DNA of 64,000 nucleotides from Minisyncoccota bacterium (GTDB lineage Bacteria > Patescibacteriota > Minisyncoccia > Phycocordibacterales > WO2-35-19), in the NCBI GenBank assembly GCA_036517255.1, contig DATDXE010000015.1, positions 14,568 to 78,567 on the forward strand. Direction: 5' to 3'. Every line of letters starts with the position of its first letter. Position 1 is the first letter of the stretch. Of this stretch, positions 1-9,270 are shown piece by piece. The notes below the pieces were generated by a model. That model did not search any database. It had not been told where the DNA came from and saw nothing but the letters and a program-made list of their open reading frames with translations. Position numbers and translations under genes: made by a program.

Positions 1-102
1 AAGAACTATCAAAAGCCCCACAATCAGGGCAGGTATGATGACAAACCAATGATTTTTTATTACCCCTTTTGCCCAATTTAAAATTGACATAAAAACAAAA
101 TG

Positions 103-834
103 CTAGAGTAAATTTAACCTCAACATTATCATGTCCTTTATAGTGTTCAGAACTACTTTTGGTTTTGTACCACCTGCAATCCCGCTTCTCCTCTCATAAT
201 GGACCACCGGAAACTGTGCAATTTTATACCCCAATTTTTTGGCTTTTAGAATTAGCTCAGCATCTATAAAACCTCCTTTAGAACTACTGCATATATCTAT
301 CGAATCTAAAACACTTTTTTTAAAAATTTTCATGGAGCAATTAATGTCTTTAAAATTAACAAAAAATAAAATGTTTATTAAAAAGTTATGAAGATTAGAT
401 TGAAATACACGAAACTTTGATACTGCTTTTTTAATAGCGTATCCGGCTATAACATCGTTTGTCTTGAGTAAATTTAAATAAGGCTCAAAATCCCAAATAT
501 TATATTGATTATCACCATCTGTATACATAACATATTCATATCTTGCAGTATTAAATCCTTCTTTCATGGTAGCTGTGATTCCTTGATTTTTATTGTGATG
601 AACAACTCTGATATGAGGAAATTTTGTCGCCAAGTCGTCTGCGACTTGTCCCGTACTGTCTGGACTACAATCTTCTATTATCACAATCTCAAATTTTTCC
701 GTATTTTTTTCTAAAAAATTAAAAACTTGTGGAATCAATTCTGGTAGATTAAGTTCATCATGATAAGCTGGACAAAAAAATGATACTGACTTTAGCTTTT
801 CATTTTTTTTAGAAGCTTGTTCCATATAATTCAA
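103..834 (-). CDS. Glycosyltransferase family 2 (DPM/GtrB-like, soluble)
   Basis: N-terminal GT2 signature FFCPAYHDE...IVIIEDCSPDST and a DxD-like region; 243 aa. Confidence 0.6.
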   Translation of the reverse strand: MNYMEQASKKNEKLKSVSFFCPAYHDELNLPELIPQVFNFLEKNTEKFEIVIIEDCSPDSTGQVADDLATKFPHIRVVHHNKNQGITATMKEGFNTARYEYVMYTDGDNQYNIWDFEPYLNLLKTNDVIAGYAIKKAVSKFRVFQSNLHNFLINILFFVNFKDINCSMKIFKKSVLDSIDICSSSKGGFIDAELILKAKKLGYKIAQFPVVHYERRSGIAGGTKPKVVLNTIKDMIMLRLNLL

Positions 835-843
835 AAGAGTGTG

Positions 844-1524
844 CTAACTGTTATTTATTTTCAAAAGATCCTTGTAATAAGCTTCCCCTTCCCATTCTTT
901 GACCTTTTTCTCCGGATATTTGTATTCAGCATTATTTTCGCAAACAAAATAAAGATGCGGCGCAAGCCTAGCAATGATTCTATCTAGCAAAGGAGATTTG
1001 AAGATGTAAGGCCGAGCAAATTTTACCTTCCAGCCAGCTCTTTCGATAGTTAATTTCAAACTGTGGTAATTAAAAAAATTTATGTGGTTGGAAGCAAGCA
1101 TTCCCCTCCAAAATTTAAGATGGGTAAGAAAATAAAACATCGGGATCACCGGCACTCCAAGTATTAGACTAGTGTTTGAGCTCGACAGAGTTTTTAATTT
1201 AACTAAAAAAGCATGGGGCGAAAGTAGATGTTCAAACAAATTATTGGCCCAAACGACATCAAATTTAGTTTCTATATTTAGTTTAACTATTTCTTCAGCG
1301 TTACCTTTTATTATATTAAGCTGATTCCTAGAGCCAAAAGAAACTTCCTCAGAAGTAGAAGTGACACCCATACTACCCGGGCCAAAATGTCGCAGATACT
1401 GCCCGAAACCGCAACCTATATCTAAAACCTGCTTTTGCCTTAAATTATGCTGATTTAAAATATTACCAAAAGTTATCGAGCCTTTAACTGTATCGAACAT
1501 TGCTTTGATTGAGTCGCTTTCCAT
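844..1524 (-). CDS. Class I SAM-dependent methyltransferase
   Basis: Motif I VLDIGCGFGQY; Rossmann-like methyltransferase length. Confidence 0.5.
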   Translation of the reverse strand: MESDSIKAMFDTVKGSITFGNILNQHNLRQKQVLDIGCGFGQYLRHFGPGSMGVTSTSEEVSFGSRNQLNIIKGNAEEIVKLNIETKFDVVWANNLFEHLLSPHAFLVKLKTLSSSNTSLILGVPVIPMFYFLTHLKFWRGMLASNHINFFNYHSLKLTIERAGWKVKFARPYIFKSPLLDRIIARLAPHLYFVCENNAEYKYPEKKVKEWEGEAYYKDLLKINNS

Positions 1525-1533
1525 AATTTAAAG

Positions 1534-2148
1534 TTATTTGATCAAAAAAATATTGTAACCGCTGACCTGATTACTCTTGGACTTACCTGTTAGCTTATCG
1601 ACCAAGCGTGCCAACTTCAGAAAAATATCATATTTACAGAGTGGCGACAATTTGATCCACGTTTCCACTGCCCCCCGAAGAGGCTCGATTTCTATTGTTT
1701 GAAAACCTTTAAACATGAACCTAATGGCATCTTTGGTAAATCGCCAATAATCACCGTAGTTACCCTCTTCAATATGATAGTAGTAAAGAAAAGGCACGTA
1801 GACGAAGGCATAGCCGCCAGGCTTCAAAACTCTTTTTATTTCAATAGCAGCTTGTATCGGATTTTCCACGTGCTCAAGCACTGCGGCACAAATAATAGCG
1901 TCAAAGGAAACATCAGCAAAAGGCATTTTATGAATATCGCCGACAATATCAGGATTATATTTGGCGACATAATCCATTATTTTATAATCGACATTTTTTA
2001 AGTAAGGAATGATCCACGCTCTATCCGGATCAAACCGATTGTTCCTTTTTAGATCAATCCGCAAACCACCTCCAATATCAAGAATAGTCTTTTTTTCGGT
2101 AAAAATTTTGGTGATTTTTTCTTTAAAAAAGAGGTCCCACTTGGTCAT
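1534..2148 (-). CDS. Class I SAM-dependent methyltransferase (Methyltransf_11-like)
   Basis: ILDIGGG motif I; conserved acidic loop; 204 aa. Confidence 0.5.
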   Translation of the reverse strand: MTKWDLFFKEKITKIFTEKKTILDIGGGLRIDLKRNNRFDPDRAWIIPYLKNVDYKIMDYVAKYNPDIVGDIHKMPFADVSFDAIICAAVLEHVENPIQAAIEIKRVLKPGGYAFVYVPFLYYYHIEEGNYGDYWRFTKDAIRFMFKGFQTIEIEPLRGAVETWIKLSPLCKYDIFLKLARLVDKLTGKSKSNQVSGYNIFLIK

Positions 2149-3308
2149 TCGGCTAGTATATCATGTCTTGTAGACTGGGATATATTAGATATCTCTTGCA
2201 AAATATTCTGAGCTCTTTTAGTCCAAGAGTATTTTTGGACGTCTTGAAAAGCTTTTTCAACCGCTTTTACGCTTAATTCCGAATTCTCTATTACTTTTTT
2301 TATAACTTCAGCAAAAGACTCTGGATTGTCAGCTTCCGCAAAAAAACAATTTTTTTCATTCAACACTTCTCGCATCGATGGTAAGTCAGAAACAATAATC
2401 GGCTTCTTACTTGCCATGTATTCAAACAATTTGAGCGGAGAAGTGTAAGAAGAAGAAATGTTTGAATATTGAGAATTTGGTATTACTACTACATCAGCGG
2501 CTGCATTGTACAGAGGCATCATATTCCTTTCTTGGAAAGGGTGAATCACTATATTGGAATAACTACCAAAATTTTTTTTGAATTCGTCAATCTGTGGAGA
2601 AACTCCACCGACAAAAACAAAAGTGTATTCTGGTAATTTTTTAGCCGCCTCTGCTAAAGTGCCAACTCCCTTCCACTTATATAAGTGCCCGGTATAAACA
2701 ATGGTCTTCTTGTCTAGTTGTAAACCGAGTTTGGTCCTCGCTTCCTCTTGAGTTAAAGCAATTTTAAATTCATTCAGATCGACCCCACTTGGAGCAATAT
2801 GAATTTTCTCTGTCGGGACCCCGAAACCAATAAGAATATTTTTTATATTTTGGTTTAATACGAAAAAGAGCTTTGGTTTTTTGATGAGAAATTTGAATAA
2901 GAATTTGGAAGTGGGTATTTCGTGTAACTCCAAACAAACAAAATTTTTCCTAGAAAAAATAGTGGGAATCAAAAAATCACGTGTATATACTATATATCCC
3001 TCGACAACGATTTTGCGAAAAAAAAGAGAACATAAGAAAGAAATTATATCTACCCAGTAAAATAACTTGCCAAAAACAAAGAACGGACCTAAAAGATCAA
3101 TGCTTTTTACTCTATTTATCCTAAATTTTTCCTCTATTTTATAATACTTGAAAGGGTCTTCTCTTATCTCACTATGTTTTCGCTCTGGAATGATAAGTTC
3201 CACATCCGCGCTCGCTCGCCCGAACTCCTCGCACATTTTCATGATGGCATAAGCTTGAGCTCTGGGAGAAGGAATCCTTACATTAGTTATGTATTTTATT
3301 TTTAGCAT
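2145..3308 (-). CDS. Glycosyltransferase family 4 (GT-B, Glycos_transf_1 C-domain)
   Basis: C-terminal region matches the GT4 E-x7-E region (FEYMASKKPIIVSDLPSMREV). Confidence 0.55.
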   Translation of the reverse strand: MLKIKYITNVRIPSPRAQAYAIMKMCEEFGRASADVELIIPERKHSEIREDPFKYYKIEEKFRINRVKSIDLLGPFFVFGKLFYWVDIISFLCSLFFRKIVVEGYIVYTRDFLIPTIFSRKNFVCLELHEIPTSKFLFKFLIKKPKLFFVLNQNIKNILIGFGVPTEKIHIAPSGVDLNEFKIALTQEEARTKLGLQLDKKTIVYTGHLYKWKGVGTLAEAAKKLPEYTFVFVGGVSPQIDEFKKNFGSYSNIVIHPFQERNMMPLYNAAADVVVIPNSQYSNISSSYTSPLKLFEYMASKKPIIVSDLPSMREVLNEKNCFFAEADNPESFAEVIKKVIENSELSVKAVEKAFQDVQKYSWTKRAQNILQEISNISQSTRHDILAE

Positions 3309-4128
3309 TTACATTTTTATAATACTCCTCGATCACATCTAGACCTTTCTCTTCTTCTTTGGTATTTGATTTTTCTGTTTTGTGGATATATCCGCGCTCT
3401 CCTTCCAAGCAGTACTTACTCATACGATAATATGGAGACATTCCTTTGATTCTTGGCTGGAGCCCTTTTTCATCAATAAGACGCTGTAAAGGAAAAATAA
3501 CAGAATTCCATTCACTTAAGTCTGCTAAAGAATCAAAACTACTAGTCTCTCCCACTCTCGTCATTTTAGTTTCAGACAAATCAAATTTTCCACCCATATA
3601 ATCTAGCATTTCTCGAGTATAAAATTCGAATGACCCACGCAGTGAGAGTTTTTTAGGTAAATGAAGCCATTGTCGGAGTCGCCTTTGAGCATTGCCAGTC
3701 GTATTTGTAATAATTAACCAATCATTTTGTGGCAAAATATCCATATATACCTCATTTGTCAAAATAAAATTGTCGTCGTGAGTAAAGAGAAATTTATCGT
3801 ATTTTTTATAATCATACTTTTCAAGCCATTGATTTGAACACCCTAAATCACCTATCGTATTCGGATGAAGTTCATATTTCCAACCCAAAGCCTCGATTTC
3901 AGGCACAGTAGCGACCTTTCGATACATCAGGCGGTCATACAATTCTCGCCGACTAAATCCTAAATTTTTGAGGAGTTCTATTTTTTCTTTCTCTGAATAA
4001 GAGGGGTCTCTGTGAGAAATGACAAAGAGATCTACCTCCCAACCTTCAGGAATTTTCTGCTCTGCTATTTGTTCATAAAATGTTACAGGAAAATGCCAAC
4101 CACTAGCAACTACCGCTAATCTTTTCAT
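3283..4128 (-). CDS. Hypothetical protein inside glycan locus
   Basis: 281-aa ORF with no recognisable motif. It is translationally coupled to its neighbours by overlapping stop/start codons. Confidence 0.3.
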   Translation of the reverse strand: MKRLAVVASGWHFPVTFYEQIAEQKIPEGWEVDLFVISHRDPSYSEKEKIELLKNLGFSRRELYDRLMYRKVATVPEIEALGWKYELHPNTIGDLGCSNQWLEKYDYKKYDKFLFTHDDNFILTNEVYMDILPQNDWLIITNTTGNAQRRLRQWLHLPKKLSLRGSFEFYTREMLDYMGGKFDLSETKMTRVGETSSFDSLADLSEWNSVIFPLQRLIDEKGLQPRIKGMSPYYRMSKYCLEGERGYIHKTEKSNTKEEEKGLDVIEEYYKNVNAKNKIHN

Positions 4129-4688
4129 ACTTTTTTAATCATTGACAATGAGGGGAACTTTTCATCTATTACTTCGTAGGGCACTTTTGTATCAGTTATT
4201 TTCGGAAAACCATATTTTACCATCCATGGGATTTCATTCCGTTCTCCTCCCGCCCCTCCTTCAAAAAGGACAATCGCGCCAAGATCAACACGATCTTTCA
4301 CTGCCTCGTACAAACTTTCTATAGTGTCGCCATGGTTTGATACATCCACATGAAGAAGGTCAAAATCTTCCGGCTGTTTCAACCACTCCTTAAAATCCTT
4401 TTTTGATAAAGTAATATAACTTGAAAGACCGTAGCGATCTATATTTGCTTGTGTTTCAGGGATCGTCGAGTGATTGTAGGGGTAATCTTCAAAAAGATCG
4501 TTAGCATAAATATGTCCTTCACCGATCTCGTCGAGTGCCATGGCCATGGCTATAGAAGAATAACCATAAAGGACACCGAACTCGACGATTTTTTTGGGTT
4601 TGTATTTCAAAACCAAATCATAAAAAGTGTGCCCAATATCGTTTTCTCTGTACGAGGATTTTACGTCAACTGGATTTTTGTATTGCAT
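4125..4688 (-). CDS. Class I SAM methyltransferase, TylF/CmcI-like O-methyltransferase family (putative sugar O-MT)
   Basis: KKIVEFGVLYGYSSIAMAMAL...GHIYANDLFE resembles the macrocin-O-MT fold. Confidence 0.4.
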   Translation of the reverse strand: MQYKNPVDVKSSYRENDIGHTFYDLVLKYKPKKIVEFGVLYGYSSIAMAMALDEIGEGHIYANDLFEDYPYNHSTIPETQANIDRYGLSSYITLSKKDFKEWLKQPEDFDLLHVDVSNHGDTIESLYEAVKDRVDLGAIVLFEGGAGGERNEIPWMVKYGFPKITDTKVPYEVIDEKFPSLSMIKKV

Positions 4689-4697
4689 TTGATTTTA

Positions 4698-5753
4698 TTA
4701 AAACATAGAACTTACAAATCCACAAATCTTTCTCACATCTTCCACTGTCACACCATGATGTAACGGTAGAAAAAGATACTCATTCTCAAGCCTATCCATA
4801 TTAGGTAAATCAGCTTTGCCTCCAAAGACAGTATATTTATCATTCCTATAATGATGCGTACCAGAGCTTACACCATTTTCTTTTAGAAACTTTATAAGCT
4901 CATCTCTTTTCTTTGAATACACTGTGGCAAGCCAAATGTGAGCCTGGATGCCATTTTTTCTATACTCTTCTACAAGTTTTTTGCGATGATGAATTATTCT
5001 ATCTATTGATTGTAAATTACCTCTACCTATGGAGGCCGTTATATCACTCATATGGTATTTATAACCAGCTTCTACAATATCAGTATCGCCAATTTTTTGT
5101 TTCAGCTCTCTATTATAACCAAACCAACGTAATCGCTTGGCTTTATCACACAAATTTTTATCCTTACAAACTAAAAAACCTCCGTCGCCTGAAGTAAGTG
5201 TTTTTATAGCTTGCAAAGAAACACAGGTAAAATCGGCCTTACCCCAAAAATCGGAACCTACAGCCTGCGCCGCATCTTCTATTAAAATTAAATTCTTCTC
5301 TTTGGCAAGTTCTACTAGTTCTTTGAGTCCCCTATTGTTACCACCAAAATGTACGAAAACTATGGCTTTGGTTTTAGAAGTTATTTTACTCCTGACATCA
5401 TCAACACTCATATTCAAATCATCTCCAACATCAGCAAAAACAATTTTCGCCTTACGATGGAGGAGAGGTAAATTGGTAGCAACAGCTGTCATGACTGGAG
5501 TAACGACTTCATCCCCCTCTCCTATATCCGCAAGCTCGTAAGCGAGCTCTAAAGCTGAAGTGCCAGAATTGAGAGCAACAATATTTTCACAATTTAATTG
5601 ATCTGCAAACTTTTCTCCAAACTCTTTTTCAAAAGCTTTCACTTGTGGCCCCTCACCGATATATGCTCCATGATTAGATTTGAAGAGTAAAATACAAACA
5701 TTCCAAATGGAACGGAGTGAGATATATGATTTAAACAGACCTATTTTTCTCAT
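4698..5753 (-). CDS. DegT/DnrJ/EryC1/StrS family PLP-dependent sugar aminotransferase
   Basis: GPQVKAFEKEF...NSGTSALELA; a conserved Lys region (SLQAIKTLTSGDGG) near residue 185. Confidence 0.7.
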   Translation of the reverse strand: MRKIGLFKSYISLRSIWNVCILLFKSNHGAYIGEGPQVKAFEKEFGEKFADQLNCENIVALNSGTSALELAYELADIGEGDEVVTPVMTAVATNLPLLHRKAKIVFADVGDDLNMSVDDVRSKITSKTKAIVFVHFGGNNRGLKELVELAKEKNLILIEDAAQAVGSDFWGKADFTCVSLQAIKTLTSGDGGFLVCKDKNLCDKAKRLRWFGYNRELKQKIGDTDIVEAGYKYHMSDITASIGRGNLQSIDRIIHHRKKLVEEYRKNGIQAHIWLATVYSKKRDELIKFLKENGVSSGTHHYRNDKYTVFGGKADLPNMDRLENEYLFLPLHHGVTVEDVRKICGFVSSMF

Positions 5754-7025
5754 CTACTTAATAATTTTGAATTCTGGGAGAGGCACTATGAACTTTGATT
5801 TCAGACCCTTTGCCTTCCAATTCTTTATAATATAGTCCGCGAAATGCCAAGCGAGGATAAGCACATAATCGGGCTGCTCTTTGAGTAAGATTTCATTGCT
5901 CACAATTGGATTATGCGTCCCAGGCATGTATTTCCCCACTTTTTCAGTTCCTGGTAATTGAGCGATGTAAGGCAAAAGCGTTTTATCAAGACCAAAATAA
6001 TTTACAACTACCACCCCTCTCGTCGGGCAGGAGTCGGCCACAATTTTCTTACCTTCTTTTTTGGACTTGATAGCCAGTTCAAGAAACTGATGTTTGCTTT
6101 TATTTACTTTTTCTCTAAATTTTGCCCAAGCTTTCGGGTTAAATAACCCTGCTTTTTCTTCAGCTTGAAGTAGTTTTTTCACATTCGGGCTAATTTTGTG
6201 TTTGCCTTTAAATCCAGCATAAACCTTGATGCTGCCTTCGCGAGTCTTCACTCTCCTAGCATCGAAAACTTCCATTCCATAATATGGGAAGAGCTTTACT
6301 AAAGATTTAAGGCTATAAATGCGAACATGTTCATGATATATCTGATCAAATTGATTACCCTCAAACACATCGAGAAGATACTGGCTCTCAGTAACGACCG
6401 CGCCATCCTTATGAAGAAGAGCTTTCAGTCCCCGCATTACTCCACCTAGGCTCGCAACATGAGCAAAGACATTGGTAAATGTAATAATTTCCGCTCGCCC
6501 ATATTTTTTCACCACATCTTTAGCAACTGCTTCATTAAAAAAAGCTTGAATTGTATTAATTTTATTTTCCTTTCGAGCTGTCTTCGCCATATTAGTAGGC
6601 TCAATTCCTAATGTTTTCATCCCTTGCTCGCGAAAATTAGTAAGGAGTGTCCCATCGTTCGACCCTACATCGACACAGAAAGAGCCTTTCTTTAATTTAA
6701 GGTCTTTTGTAATGTCTTCAGTGAGAAGCTTTAAATGCTCACAGAGCGGCTTAGATATGCCAGTTCGATATACATAGTTAGTAGTAGAGAAAAGAAGTTT
6801 AGGATGAACAACATGGTCGAGCTGTCCCAGGCCTGATTCTGGACATATCATGAGACGCAGAGAATACATAGTTTCCGGTTGATTAAGACCTTCGTCAGTT
6901 AACAAAGCTCCGGCACTAGGCTGAAAACCAAGATCGATTGCCTCAAAAAGATTTTTTGACCCGCTGATCTGACAACGGTCCAGTTTACCCACGATAACAT
7001 CGTGATTTGGCTTTTTCATGCCCAA
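5754..7025 (-). CDS. NDP-hexose C-methyltransferase family (TylC3/NovU-like; N-terminal Zn-ribbon-like domain, class I MTase domain, C-terminal C-MT domain)
   Basis: CQISGS...; VDVGSNDGTLL motif I; C-terminal ...GVVVVNYFGLDKT... region typical of sugar C-MTs. It abuts the DegT stop codon. Confidence 0.55.
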   Translation of the reverse strand: MGMKKPNHDVIVGKLDRCQISGSKNLFEAIDLGFQPSAGALLTDEGLNQPETMYSLRLMICPESGLGQLDHVVHPKLLFSTTNYVYRTGISKPLCEHLKLLTEDITKDLKLKKGSFCVDVGSNDGTLLTNFREQGMKTLGIEPTNMAKTARKENKINTIQAFFNEAVAKDVVKKYGRAEIITFTNVFAHVASLGGVMRGLKALLHKDGAVVTESQYLLDVFEGNQFDQIYHEHVRIYSLKSLVKLFPYYGMEVFDARRVKTREGSIKVYAGFKGKHKISPNVKKLLQAEEKAGLFNPKAWAKFREKVNKSKHQFLELAIKSKKEGKKIVADSCPTRGVVVVNYFGLDKTLLPYIAQLPGTEKVGKYMPGTHNPIVSNEILLKEQPDYVLILAWHFADYIIKNWKAKGLKSKFIVPLPEFKIIK

Positions 7026-7088
7026 TATTTATAGCAGGAATTTAGGCTTAGGGCAAGATATAAAAGAAAAGAGAATTTTTTCAGTATT

Positions 7089-8147
7089 CTATTTCATCAA
7101 GGATTTTAATGGAGTCAACACCAGTCGAAACAGGCGATTTAATACTCTGCCTTCGGGGTAGAAGTGAGCATCATTTTCTTTCTTTCTTTCTTGGAGGCCA
7201 GTGAGAGTGCCCTTGATTACCTCTTCCAAACTTACTTTGGGGGAAAAGCCTATAGATTTGATTTTATCACTATTGATAGTATAGACTTGTTGATTAATTG
7301 TGTTTTCTTTATTTATTTTAACCCGAGCTTTCAGCCCATTCTTTTCAATCTCTTCAACTACATCTTCAAGATTGGTATTAAAAGAAGTTAAGTTGTAAGC
7401 CTGTCCTTTCATTTTACTAATATTTTCCATGGCAAAAATAATCGCGGCCGCTTCATCATTGAGAGCTAAATATGTTTTTGGATTTTTTAAAGCACTTTCA
7501 AAAAGAGTAGTGGTAATGCCATAAATAGATCGGATGCAGAGCATATTAATGATTGTTTCGTAGCGAAAGGCAGGGTTATATCCTACGAGAGTCGCAGAGC
7601 GCAAAGCGCAAGTATTAAAATTCTCGTCATCAAGCTGGAGGATAGCCTTCTCCGCTTCGTATTTCGATATGCCGTAAGTCGAGAGAGGTTCTTTTGGAGC
7701 ATCTTCTTTTAAATCTTCTCCTCTGCTATACATACTGACTGTTGATTGATAAATAAAAGTTTTGACCCCATGCTTTTTACAAACTTCCGCAATCTTAATT
7801 GCTGCAGTTTGATTTACTATAGTACACTCTATATCTTTCCCTTCTCTGTTAGTGGAAAAGGCATCTACTATCGCGGCTAAGTGAATTACCACATCAGGTT
7901 TATATTCAACGAGTACTTTTTCAAATTTTTCATAATCCCTTATATCAGCACTCTCCCAGGCAGTCATCTCCACATTGGGGAATAAATTTAGGAGAGGAGT
8001 GACATTCTCCAATTTACTTTTGGAGAGGTTGTCGTGTATTATTATTTTCGATTGGGGATATTTCCTAGCGAGCATCTTGACCGCGCTATATCCTACATAC
8101 CCCGCCCCACCAGTTACTAATATATTCATACAAGATAATAGTAACAT
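7089..8147 (-). CDS. NAD-dependent epimerase/dehydratase (SDR, sugar-nucleotide modifying)
   Basis: NILVTGGAGYVGYS Rossmann motif; YxxxK (YGISKYEAEK). Confidence 0.65.
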   Translation of the reverse strand: MLLLSCMNILVTGGAGYVGYSAVKMLARKYPQSKIIIHDNLSKSKLENVTPLLNLFPNVEMTAWESADIRDYEKFEKVLVEYKPDVVIHLAAIVDAFSTNREGKDIECTIVNQTAAIKIAEVCKKHGVKTFIYQSTVSMYSRGEDLKEDAPKEPLSTYGISKYEAEKAILQLDDENFNTCALRSATLVGYNPAFRYETIINMLCIRSIYGITTTLFESALKNPKTYLALNDEAAAIIFAMENISKMKGQAYNLTSFNTNLEDVVEEIEKNGLKARVKINKENTINQQVYTINSDKIKSIGFSPKVSLEEVIKGTLTGLQERKKENDAHFYPEGRVLNRLFRLVLTPLKSLMK

Positions 8148-8180
8148 AAATATACCATTAAAACTATAAAATACGCTGGT

Positions 8181-8215
8181 GTTTGTTGTATTGACAATGT
8201 AATTACATCATATAT
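8181..8215 (+). promoter_or_regulatory. Putative TA promoter with operator palindrome
   Basis: TTGACA-17 nt-ATACTT; the perfect palindrome ATGTAATTACAT overlaps the spacer. Confidence 0.35.
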
Positions 8216-8247
8216 ACTTGAGTTCATTAGCATTTTACACAAAACAA

Positions 8248-8520
8248 ATGAACTCCACTTTAAGCATTAGGATTAATAAAAAAATAAAAAAAGAGGCTAT
8301 GAATGTTTTCAGTAAACTTGGCCTTGATATTTCTTCTGGAGTAAAAATATTTCTTAATCAGGTAATTAACACTCGTTCTATCCCCTTCGAACCCAAAATG
8401 CATTATACGATGACTCCAAAACAAGAAAGATGGGTGATCAGACAAGTGAAAGAAGCAAAGAAGAATAGTAAAAGATACACAAGTATAGAAGAGTTACATA
8501 GAGATATTTTGGGTGAATAA
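8248..8520 (+). CDS. dinJ: RelB/DinJ family antitoxin
   Basis: LSIRINKKIKKEAMNVFSKLGLDISSGVKIFLNQVI...IPFEP matches the DinJ ribbon-helix-helix architecture. The start is more likely the internal ATG at 8248 than 8218. Confidence 0.6.
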   Translation: MNSTLSIRINKKIKKEAMNVFSKLGLDISSGVKIFLNQVINTRSIPFEPKMHYTMTPKQERWVIRQVKEAKKNSKRYTSIEELHRDILGE

Positions 8521-8799
8521 ATGCTTAGTGTATTTAGAACAAAAGCATATAGAAAAGCTATCAAAAAATATTCTGGATCTGGGAATTTTAATATTGAAAA
8601 AGTCGAATCTGTAATTAAAACTATTCAAAAAGGAGAAAAATTAGACAAAAAATACAGGAACCATGATTTAACAGGAAAGTACAGAGGAATAATGGAATGT
8701 CATATCAAACCAGATCTATTACTTCTTTATAAAATTGAGAAAGAAAATCTAATATTAATTTTGTTGAACTTAGGCAGTCACTCTGATTTGTTTGGGTAG
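8521..8799 (+). CDS. yafQ: YafQ/RelE family type II toxin (mRNA interferase)
   Basis: KYRNHDLTGKYRGIMECHIKPDLLLLYKI...LGSHSDLF is the YafQ C-terminal consensus. Its ATG immediately follows the antitoxin TAA. Confidence 0.7.
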   Translation: MLSVFRTKAYRKAIKKYSGSGNFNIEKVESVIKTIQKGEKLDKKYRNHDLTGKYRGIMECHIKPDLLLLYKIEKENLILILLNLGSHSDLFG

Positions 8800-8833
8800 T
8801 AGAGCCATATTTCATTAAGTAAATGCCTGGGCT

Positions 8834-8862
8834 TGACTTTTATACATAAAGTATGCTATAAT
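8834..8862 (+). promoter_or_regulatory. Near-consensus sigma70 promoter (TTGACT-17-TGcTATAAT, extended -10)
   Basis: -35 TTGACT 8834-8839; TG 8854-8855; TATAAT 8857-8862. The SD AAGGAGG 8867-8873 follows. Confidence 0.5.
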
Positions 8863-8880
8863 AACCAAGGAGGTAGCCCA

Positions 8881-9201
8881 ATGATATTGCGTGTTGGAAG
8901 TGTAGTGAAGTTCGTCTACAATCCAAGGAACGGCGAGCGGATCACCGACGTCCACTTGGACGGGGAAAATGTGGAGCTGTCATACGGCACCCAGCTTCAT
9001 TTTCACAATGGTTTGGATGTGAGACAGCCTGGGGTAGGTAGCAGTAAGATGTGGGTGCCAATCCCCGAAAACCTGAGGAAGGTGACCTATACGAAAAAAG
9101 ATGACCAAGTCGGCTTCATACCGATCGAGGAACCGGGGACATTCTTTCCGGTTCTGAAAATCGCCGGCGGACTAGCCACGATCATCTCCCTTCCTGAATA
9201 A
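8881..9201 (+). CDS. GC-rich small hypothetical protein (106 aa), foreign codon usage
   Basis: Perfect SD 8 nt upstream of ATG 8881. GC-rich third codon positions contrast with AT-rich neighbours. No recognisable family. Confidence 0.5.
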   Translation: MILRVGSVVKFVYNPRNGERITDVHLDGENVELSYGTQLHFHNGLDVRQPGVGSSKMWVPIPENLRKVTYTKKDDQVGFIPIEEPGTFFPVLKIAGGLATIISLPE

Positions 9202-9212
9202 CACTCAACACG

Positions 9213-9245
9213 GGCCGGTCCTTCGGGACCGGTCTATTCTTTTAT
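9213..9245 (+). terminator. GC hairpin (UUCG tetraloop) followed by a T-rich tract
   Basis: CCGGTCC-TTCG-GGACCGG, then TCTATTCTTTT. Confidence 0.45.
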
Positions 9246-9270
9246 ACATATGTTATGATAATAAAAAATT

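Noticed and set aside
505-714. Small plus-strand ORFs nested inside minus-strand genes throughout the window (for example 505-714, 1699-2001, 4913-5541, 14347-14715)
   Set aside because: These are antisense overlaps of well-supported longer CDSs, as expected from AT-rich codon composition.
8218-8247. Upstream ATG (8218) as dinJ start
   Set aside because: Alignment to DinJ/RelB begins at the Met at 8248. The extra 10 residues have no counterpart, and neither start has a strong SD.
8881-9201. Possibility that the small GC-rich blocks (8881-9201, 16189-16593, 29211-29735, 30414-30740) are structured ncRNAs such as RNase P RNA, tmRNA, SRP RNA or 6S RNA, rather than CDS
   Set aside because: Each has a well-spaced SD and an ORF exactly spanning the GC block, with the GC enrichment concentrated at wobble positions. 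I could not find the conserved RNase P (GGAAAGUCCGG), SRP domain IV or tmRNA tag/T-loop signatures. The question stays open until a covariance-model scan is run.
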